NCBI GenBank assembly: GCA_016207645.1
Contig: JACQPH010000101.1
Coordinates: 18-64,017, forward strand
Origin: Elusimicrobiota bacterium
Lineage (GTDB): Bacteria; Elusimicrobiota; Elusimicrobia; Elusimicrobiales; UBA9959
Length of the DNA: 64,000 bases
Direction of reading: 5' to 3'
The notes beneath the pieces are model-generated. The model worked only from the letters and a program-made list of their open reading frames with translations. It had not been told where the DNA came from and did not search any database. This document shows, one piece after another, positions 57,730 through 64,000 of this stretch (positions within the stretch are counted from its first letter, which is position 1; each line of letters starts with the position of its first letter). A program made the translations under genes and the position numbers.

Positions 57730-58759
57730 ACTGCTGGAGAATTTCAGGCTTTACTTCCTCGCTTTCCTGCTGCCGCTGTCGCTGTCGCTGTGCCTGACCC
57801 CGCTGCTGCGGCTCCTGGCCCTGAAGTTCGGCCATCTCGACAAGCCCACCGAGATCAAGACCCATAAACATCCCACTCCGCTGCTGGGCGGGGCGGCGGT
57901 TTTCGCCTCCTTCGCCGCCGCGCTGCTCTTCATGCGGTTTTACACTTCCTTTCCCACCGGCACGCTGCGCGACCTGCGCGTGCTGCTGCTGGGCGGGGCC
58001 GTTATGTTCGCGCTGGGTTTCGTGGACGACATGCGCAAGCCGCACGGCCTCGGCGTGAAGACCAAGTTCGCCGTGCAGTTCGCGGTGGCCGTCTGCACGG
58101 CCTACTACGGCATACGGATACACTTCCTGCACCCGGATTACCTGAGCTTCGCGCTGAGCGTGTTCTGGATAGTGGGGGTTTCCAACGCTTTCAACATAAT
58201 CGACATCATGGACGGGCTTTCGGCGGGGCAGGTGGTGCTGGCGGCCTTCGGTTTCCTGCTTATCGCCTTCCCGTCGGAATCCATCTACGTGAATTTCGCC
58301 TCGGCGGCCCTGGCGGGCGCGGCGCTGGGTTTCCTGCCCTATAACATGTCCCACAGGTACAAGATCTTCATGGGCGATTCCGGCAGTCTTTCCTGCGGTT
58401 TCGTGCTGGCGGTGATAGCCATGGGCACCAAGTATACGGAAGTGAACCCGCTGGGCGTCTACGCACCGCTCATCATCCTGGCGGTGCCTATTTACGATAC
58501 GCTTTTCGTTTCGGTGATGCGCATGAGGCGGGGCCATTCCCCTTTCCTGGGCAGCCAGGACCATTTCGCGCTGAGGCTGGAAAAGATAGGCTTTTCGCGG
58601 CGCAAAGTGGTGCGCCTCACTTCGCTGGTCACGCTCGGCCTGGCGGTCTTCGCCTGGCTTATCACCCAGGTCCCCCTGGGCTGGGGCGTCCTGATAGCCT
58701 GCATCCTGGCCGCGGAATTCCTCCTCGTCGGCGCAGCCATCGCCAAGATCAAGATATAA
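57722..58759 (+). CDS. wecA: Undecaprenyl-phosphate GlcNAc-1-P transferase (WecA/MraY family)
   Basis: GFVDD, NAFNIIDIMDGL, FMGDSGS, H motif. Confidence 0.85.
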   Translation: MNELLENFRLYFLAFLLPLSLSLCLTPLLRLLALKFGHLDKPTEIKTHKHPTPLLGGAAVFASFAAALLFMRFYTSFPTGTLRDLRVLLLGGAVMFALGFVDDMRKPHGLGVKTKFAVQFAVAVCTAYYGIRIHFLHPDYLSFALSVFWIVGVSNAFNIIDIMDGLSAGQVVLAAFGFLLIAFPSESIYVNFASAALAGAALGFLPYNMSHRYKIFMGDSGSLSCGFVLAVIAMGTKYTEVNPLGVYAPLIILAVPIYDTLFVSVMRMRRGHSPFLGSQDHFALRLEKIGFSRRKVVRLTSLVTLGLAVFAWLITQVPLGWGVLIACILAAEFLLVGAAIAKIKI

Positions 58760-58786
58760 TAACCGAAGCCGCCGCCGCGCGCCGTC

Positions 58787-59179
58787 TTACTCCGCCGTGA
58801 CTTCGAATTCCGGGGGGTTGTCCATGGTGCGCTTTACCAGGCACTGGCCGGCGGCTTTGATCAAGGCGTCTTTGTACTTGGGGGGGAAGTCTTTGGGGAG
58901 GGTTATCTTTAAGACGGCCCTGGTCAGGAGGCGGGTGGCGGGGTCCTGTTCGAAAGAGGCGGTTATTTTAAGGCCCTCGGCGCCCAGGCCGCGGGACTGG
59001 AGGAAGCCCAGGGCGAAGATGCCGGCGCAGGTGCCCAGCGAGGCCAGGAAAAGGTCGAACGGGGTGGGGGCCGAGCCTTCTCCGCCGCCGCTCGCATGCT
59101 GGTCGGTCCTGATCTCGAAGCCGTGCCATTGCGCGTTCACTTTTTTTCCGCCCGGGAAAGTTATTTCCATTTCGCTCAT
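58787..59179 (-). CDS. OsmC-like protein
   Basis: TDQ..GG...PTPFDLFLASLGTC...QCLV. Confidence 0.85.
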   Translation of the reverse strand: MSEMEITFPGGKKVNAQWHGFEIRTDQHASGGGEGSAPTPFDLFLASLGTCAGIFALGFLQSRGLGAEGLKITASFEQDPATRLLTRAVLKITLPKDFPPKYKDALIKAAGQCLVKRTMDNPPEFEVTAE

Positions 59180-59215
59180 GATTTCTTCCCTGAAAAACCT
59201 GATTCTTACCGCTTG

Positions 59216-59254
59216 GTAACTACCCGAACCCCTTATAGCGACCTGGGTAGTTAC
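59216..59254 (+). repeat. Dispersed palindromic element, copy 6 (minimal 39-bp form)
   Basis: gtaactaccc-gaaccccttatagcgacct-gggtagttac: both termini plus the right-end motif. Confidence 0.8.
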
Positions 59255-59269
59255 ACCGCTTAATCCTTA

Positions 59270-60430
59270 CTAGAAAGTGTGCCGGTTCAGCTCTTTGGTG
59301 ATGCCGGGGATTATCGTGCTCTTGCCGTCGCCCATGGCGTGCAGCTTGAGGATCTCGCCGTAGGACTTCTCGAAAGCGTCCACCACGGCCGGGTCGAAAG
59401 CCCTGCCCTTTTCGCCGTTGATGTACTCGCGGGCCTTCTCCGGGTCCCATTTCGGCTTGTAGACCCGCTGCGAGCAGAGGGCGTCGAAAACGTCGGCCAC
59501 CGAGACTATGCGCGCGTAGATGGAGATCCGCTCCGCCTTCAGGCGGTTCGGGTAGCCCGTGCCGTCGTATTTCTCGTGGTGCGAGCCGGCCACCTTGCAG
59601 GCTATCTGGAGCAGGTTGCTTTCGGCGTTGCAGAGGATCTTGGCGCCGTAGAGGGTGTGCTTCTTGATCTCCTCGAACTCCTCGGCGGTCAGCTTGCCGG
59701 GCTTGAGCAGGATGGCGTCGGCTATGCCCACCTTGCCTATGTCGTGCAGCGGGCTGGCGTAGCGGATGTTCTCCACCTCCCGCTCCGGCAGGCCCAGGCC
59801 GTGCGCTATCAGCGCGGAGTACTCGCTGATATGGCGCAGATGCACGGCGGTGTCCTGCTGGTCGCGGTACTCGGCGGTCACGGCCAGGCGGTAAATGGTC
59901 TCGAGCTGCGACTTGGAAAGGCTCTCGTAAAGCTGGGCGTTCTCTATGCCCGAAGCGGCCAGCGAGCTGATGAGCTGCAGTATGCCCTCGTCGTCCGCGT
60001 TGAAGGGGTTGCCGTTCTTGTTCATGGCCTCGAACACGCCGATGATGTGCCCGCTCACGTTCTTGAGCGGTACGGCCAGGATATTGTGGGTGCGGTAGCC
60101 CGTCAGGCGGTCTATGTCGTGCGTGAAGCGCTGGTCCTGGTAGGCGTCGCGGATGTTGAGGATCTGCCCGGTGGAGGCCACGTGCCCCACTATGCCCTTG
60201 CCGAAAGGCACGCGGATCTCGGTATGCTGCATGCCCAGCGCCACCTTGGACCAGAGCTCGTTGGTCTGGCGGTCGAAAATGAAGACGCTGCAGCGGTCGC
60301 AGGCGAGGATGGTCTTGACCTGCTCGGCAATCAGCTCCAGGAGCTTGTTGAGGTTGGTCTCCTTGGCGACGCCGCCGCCGAAATCCACAAGGAGCTTAAG
60401 GCGGTTCTCTAATTCTTCGACCCTGGTCAT
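59270..60430 (-). CDS. GAF + HD-GYP cyclic-dinucleotide phosphodiesterase
   Basis: GAF (GIVGHVA, DAYQD, TGYRT, NK); HDIGK; HHEKYDGTGYP; ADVFDAL. Confidence 0.92.
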   Translation of the reverse strand: MTRVEELENRLKLLVDFGGGVAKETNLNKLLELIAEQVKTILACDRCSVFIFDRQTNELWSKVALGMQHTEIRVPFGKGIVGHVASTGQILNIRDAYQDQRFTHDIDRLTGYRTHNILAVPLKNVSGHIIGVFEAMNKNGNPFNADDEGILQLISSLAASGIENAQLYESLSKSQLETIYRLAVTAEYRDQQDTAVHLRHISEYSALIAHGLGLPEREVENIRYASPLHDIGKVGIADAILLKPGKLTAEEFEEIKKHTLYGAKILCNAESNLLQIACKVAGSHHEKYDGTGYPNRLKAERISIYARIVSVADVFDALCSQRVYKPKWDPEKAREYINGEKGRAFDPAVVDAFEKSYGEILKLHAMGDGKSTIIPGITKELNRHTF

Positions 60431-61887
60431 GGTATTATTTTAGCATTATCCCCGCTCATTTCGTCGAGGAAGACGCTGTAGTGCACCGCGCGGGCGGTGG
60501 GGTAGGCTTTCCTGAGGCCGGAGCCTATCTGCGCCAGGCAGGAGGTGGCGCCTACCACCACCGTGTCGGCCTGCACCGAGGCTATATGCCTGAGCTTGCG
60601 GTCCAGCACCATGCCGGAGAGCTCCGGCTGGGTGAAGGCGAAAGCGCCGGCCCCGCCGCAGCACCAGTCGCTCTCCGGCAGCTCGCGGTACTGCTTCCCG
60701 GCCAGCTTCCGCAGCACCGCCCTGGGCTCCAGGCGTATCCCCTGGCCGTGGCAGGCCCGGCAGGAATCGTGGTAGGTGACGCGGCCGGCTTTTTCCGCGG
60801 CCGGGCCGGCAGGGGGCGCCTGGTCGGGGCGGATGAATTCCAGTATGTCCTTCACCGCGGCGGCGAAGGCTCTGGCCCTGGGGCGCCACTGTTCGTCGCC
60901 CGTAAAAAGCTGCTCGTAGGATTTCATGAAGGCCGCGCAGGAAGAGCAGTCCGCTATCACCGGGAAGTCCCCGGCTTCCGCCTTAAGTTCCTCGTAGCGG
61001 GCGATATTGCGGCGCGCGAACTCGCGGGCGTCCTCCAGGCGGCCGTAGTTGTGGGCCAGCAGGCCGCAGCACTGGCTGTCCATGAAGACGCCGTCCCCGG
61101 CGCTCCTTTTAAGCACCCGCACCGTGGCCAGGGCGGTTTCCGTGAAAACGTAGTTCGGGCCGCAGGCCGCGAAATAGGCCCAGTTCACCCCGCGTTTCCC
61201 CCCGGGGGCCAGCGCCGGGTCCTTCCGGAGCAGCTCGGCGGCGAAGCGCAGCGGGGCCCGCTCTATGGAACTCTCCGCTTCCGCCAGTCCCGGCATGCCT
61301 ATGAAATCGTAAAGCCCCATCCTGGCGGCCAGCCGCGGCAGGCCGGTCCTCTTCGCCAGGTAGGCCAGCTTCAGCCAGAAGCCGAAGAGCTTAGGCGCGT
61401 TCAGCAGCCCGGCCACCGCGGCGCGGGCGAAGAAGCCTTCCCCGTAGCCGGTAAGAGAGCGGCGGCCCTCCAGCACTATGTCCGGCGTGGCCACCTTGGC
61501 GTAGCAGACGCTGGAGCAGGCGCCGCAGAGCAGGCAGGTGGACAGCGATTCGGCCGCCTGGTCCGGGTCCTTCGCCCGCCCTTCCACCAGCATGCGCACG
61601 AACTGGTTGCGGCCGCGCGCGGAGATGGTCTCCCTGCCGGTCAGCATATAAGTGGGGCAGGAGGTCTCGCAGTAGCCGCAGCGGTTGCATTGCGCGGCGG
61701 CGTCGTAAAGGTTCTTTTCGCCGAGATCCGTAAGCAGGTTCCCCAGATGCCCGCCGGAATCCTCGTGCGGGTAAAGTTCGTTCACCTCGTTGTGGAAACG
61801 GGAGGCGCCGGGGGAGTCCTGGGCCTGCCCCCGTTCCGCCTGGTTCCCCGCCCGCTCTTCGCCGTCCGCCGGTTCGTTCTCGTTCAT
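60427..61887 (-). CDS. glcF: Glycolate/lactate oxidase Fe-S subunit (GlcF-like)
   Basis: CNRCGYCETSCP, CLLCGACSSVC, two CCG domains (QCCG, WCCG); start at MNENEP with GGAA-type RBS. Confidence 0.85.
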   Translation of the reverse strand: MNENEPADGEERAGNQAERGQAQDSPGASRFHNEVNELYPHEDSGGHLGNLLTDLGEKNLYDAAAQCNRCGYCETSCPTYMLTGRETISARGRNQFVRMLVEGRAKDPDQAAESLSTCLLCGACSSVCYAKVATPDIVLEGRRSLTGYGEGFFARAAVAGLLNAPKLFGFWLKLAYLAKRTGLPRLAARMGLYDFIGMPGLAEAESSIERAPLRFAAELLRKDPALAPGGKRGVNWAYFAACGPNYVFTETALATVRVLKRSAGDGVFMDSQCCGLLAHNYGRLEDAREFARRNIARYEELKAEAGDFPVIADCSSCAAFMKSYEQLFTGDEQWRPRARAFAAAVKDILEFIRPDQAPPAGPAAEKAGRVTYHDSCRACHGQGIRLEPRAVLRKLAGKQYRELPESDWCCGGAGAFAFTQPELSGMVLDRKLRHIASVQADTVVVGATSCLAQIGSGLRKAYPTARAVHYSVFLDEMSGDNAKIIP

Positions 61888-61910
61888 GGAGGTAATGCCG
61901 GTCCTTTCCT

Positions 61911-64000
61911 TCAGCCCAGGGCCTTGTAAACCCACGGGTTCAGCAAGTTCCGCGGGTCGAATTCCTTCTTGAGCCTGGTCTGTATGACGCCGGGCTCGAA
62001 GGCGTCCCAGCCGGGGCTTTCTTCCGGCCGCTTCCGGGGGGGCACCGCGCCGGCGGAAAGGGCGAAAGTGGCCGCCAGGATCACGCCGTAGGCGCCCAGC
62101 GAGCCGCAGAACAGCTTCACCGCGTCGTAGCCGGCCACGTTCTTCACGGTCTTGCCGCCCAGCTCCAGCAAAGCGCCGTCCGCCAGCGCCACCTCGAGCC
62201 CCAGCAGGAGGCCGCGTATTTCCGGGCAGGCCTTGGAGGCTATCAGCCCGCCCACGCTGCCCTTCAGCGCGGGGAGGTCCAGGTGGAAGCCGGCCTCTTT
62301 CAACTGCCTGGAAAGCTCGTCGAAAGCCATGCCCGCCTCCACGCGGGCGGTCAGGTTCTCCCTGTCTATATCGGGCTTGCCGGAAAGCAGGTGAAGTTCC
62401 AGCGGCCTGGAGCCCTCCATTATCCGTTCCGCCTTGAGCCTGGTGCCCAGGCCGGTGACCGCGGTGCGGGCGCCGGAGGCGGAGCGCAGGCGCAGCTCGT
62501 CCAGGATGCCGCGCGCGTGCACGCTCAGGGCGGCCCTGCCGGAGAACATGGCGGAAGTTTCCGGCTCCGCCGGCCTGCTCCCGAAAGCTTTCGAGACCGT
62601 GTCGCCGGCGGCCTGGTCGCCGGCCACCGGCAGGATCTTGTCCGGGTTGGCCAGCCCGGCGGGGTCGAAGGCCCGCTTGATGCCCTGGAAGAGATCCAGT
62701 TCCCGGCGGGTGTAGAGCCAGTTCATGGCCACCCGCTTCTCCACGCCTATGCCGTGCTCTCCGGAGATGGTCCCGCCCAGCCTGATGCAGGCCTTGAGGA
62801 TCTCGTAGCCGGCCTTTTTCACGCGCTTCACTTCCTGGAGGTCCCGGCGGTCGAAGATGATGTTGGGGTGCAGGTTCCCGTCGCCGGCGTGGAAAAGCAG
62901 GCCGGAAGTGAGCTTGTACTTCGAGATTATCGCGCGGACCTCCCGCAGGGCCTCCGTCAGGCGGGGCCTGGGCACTACGCCGTCCTCCACCAGCACGTCG
63001 GGGGCCAGCCTGGCCATGGCCGGGTAGGCGCCCTTGCGGGCGGCCCACAGCCGCTCGCGCTCGGCTTCGTCCCCGGCCACCCGGAAAGCGGAGCAGCCTT
63101 TCTCCCCGCAGAGCCGGCGCGCGGCTTCGAGGTCGTGCTCTATCTTCGCCGGCTCGTCGCCGTCCAGCTCCAGGAGCAGCACGGCCTCCGTGCCGGCGGG
63201 GAAAGGGTCCTCGCCGCCGCGGCGGGCGGCGTCCAGCGAGACCTTGTCCATGGCCTCCAGGGCGCGCGGCAGGATGCCGCCGCCGATTATCCGGCTGACC
63301 GCGTCCATGGCGCCTTCCAGCGAGGGGAAAGCCGCCGAGGCCGTCTTGATATGCGCGGGGAGGGGCAGGATCTTGAGCCAGGCGGCGGTCACCACGCCCA
63401 GCGTGCCTTCGGAGCCCACCAGCACGCTCATCAGGTCCGGGCCCCTGTCCCGGTAGGACCAGGTGTTCACCTCCCCTTCCGGGGTCACCACTTCCAGCTT
63501 CTCGACGTTGTCGGAGGTGACGCCGTACTTGAGGCAGAGCGGGCCGCCGGCGTTCTCGCCGATGTTCCCGCCTATGGTGGAGACTTTCTGGCTGGCGGGG
63601 TCCGGGGCGTAAAAAAAGCCGAAAGGCTCGAGCGCCTTCTGCAGCTCCAGGTTGACCACGCCGGGCTCCACCAGGGCCAGGCGGGCGGCGGTGTCTATCC
63701 GCCGGATCTTCCTGAGGCGGACCAGGTTGAGTATGACCCCGCCCTTCAGCGGTATTGTGCCGCCTGAAAGGTTGGTGCCGGCCAGCCTGGGCAGGAAGGG
63801 GATGCCGGCGCCGTAAAGCAGCCTGACCACCGGGGCCACCTGGCCGGCCGAGGTGAAGGTTATCACGGCTTCGGGGCGCGCCCGGGCCATGCCGGCGTCG
63901 TAGGAATACATCAGTATCTCGGCCTCGTCCGTGCGGAGATTCTCCCGGCCCACTATGGCTTCCAGTTCGGCCCGTATAGGCGTGATCCTGTCGTTCTTGA
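61911..64000 (-). CDS. glcD: FAD-linked oxidase, GlcD with fused GlcE-like C-terminal part (5' end outside window)
   Basis: PDPASQKVSTIGGN, GSEGTLG, HAGDGNLH, GEHGIG, FDP..LANP, then a second partial FAD domain GGKTVKNVAGYD...FDPRNLLNP. Confidence 0.85.
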   Translation of the reverse strand, partial: KNDRITPIRAELEAIVGRENLRTDEAEILMYSYDAGMARARPEAVITFTSAGQVAPVVRLLYGAGIPFLPRLAGTNLSGGTIPLKGGVILNLVRLRKIRRIDTAARLALVEPGVVNLELQKALEPFGFFYAPDPASQKVSTIGGNIGENAGGPLCLKYGVTSDNVEKLEVVTPEGEVNTWSYRDRGPDLMSVLVGSEGTLGVVTAAWLKILPLPAHIKTASAAFPSLEGAMDAVSRIIGGGILPRALEAMDKVSLDAARRGGEDPFPAGTEAVLLLELDGDEPAKIEHDLEAARRLCGEKGCSAFRVAGDEAERERLWAARKGAYPAMARLAPDVLVEDGVVPRPRLTEALREVRAIISKYKLTSGLLFHAGDGNLHPNIIFDRRDLQEVKRVKKAGYEILKACIRLGGTISGEHGIGVEKRVAMNWLYTRRELDLFQGIKRAFDPAGLANPDKILPVAGDQAAGDTVSKAFGSRPAEPETSAMFSGRAALSVHARGILDELRLRSASGARTAVTGLGTRLKAERIMEGSRPLELHLLSGKPDIDRENLTARVEAGMAFDELSRQLKEAGFHLDLPALKGSVGGLIASKACPEIRGLLLGLEVALADGALLELGGKTVKNVAGYDAVKLFCGSLGAYGVILAATFALSAGAVPPRKRPEESPGWDAFEPGVIQTRLKKEFDPRNLLNPWVYKALG

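Noticed and set aside
61888-63048. 873-aa version of glcF, suggesting a frameshift fusion with glcD
   Set aside because: The extension is an R/G/P-rich off-frame reading of glcD; glcF has its own start at 61887

Overview
GC-rich chromosomal window from a diderm bacterium. Gene content suggests Elusimicrobiota, but this is inference, not a database result. About 43 genes; no rRNA, tRNA, CRISPR array or transposase was seen. Left part: an operon encoding a protein with a T9SS-type C-terminal sorting domain, a PorV-like barrel, a TPR protein and a 2313-aa repetitive phage-tail-fibre-like adhesin. About 6 kb further on is a 1781-aa SprA-like translocon, divergent from lptFG, together suggesting a type IX-like secretion/fibre display system outside Bacteroidota. 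Middle: housekeeping genes (rlmD-like, GH13, comF, tkt, NUDIX, dnaE, pfk, tolC, dapF, dapA), interrupted by a small defence-like islet (HTH + AbiEii toxin-antitoxin pair and a GHKL ATPase). Right: a large surface-glycan cluster, osmC, HD-GYP and glcD-glcE fusion/glcF. Two non-coding signals stand out. (i) Six intergenic copies of a ~165-nt nested-palindromic element bounded by GTAAC...GTTAC inverted repeats, with compensatory changes and strand-specific G-T wobbles. (ii) A 65-bp tandem repeat that triplicates an ATGA stop/start gene junction and encodes a relay of 22-aa mini-ORFs that keeps translational coupling intact.
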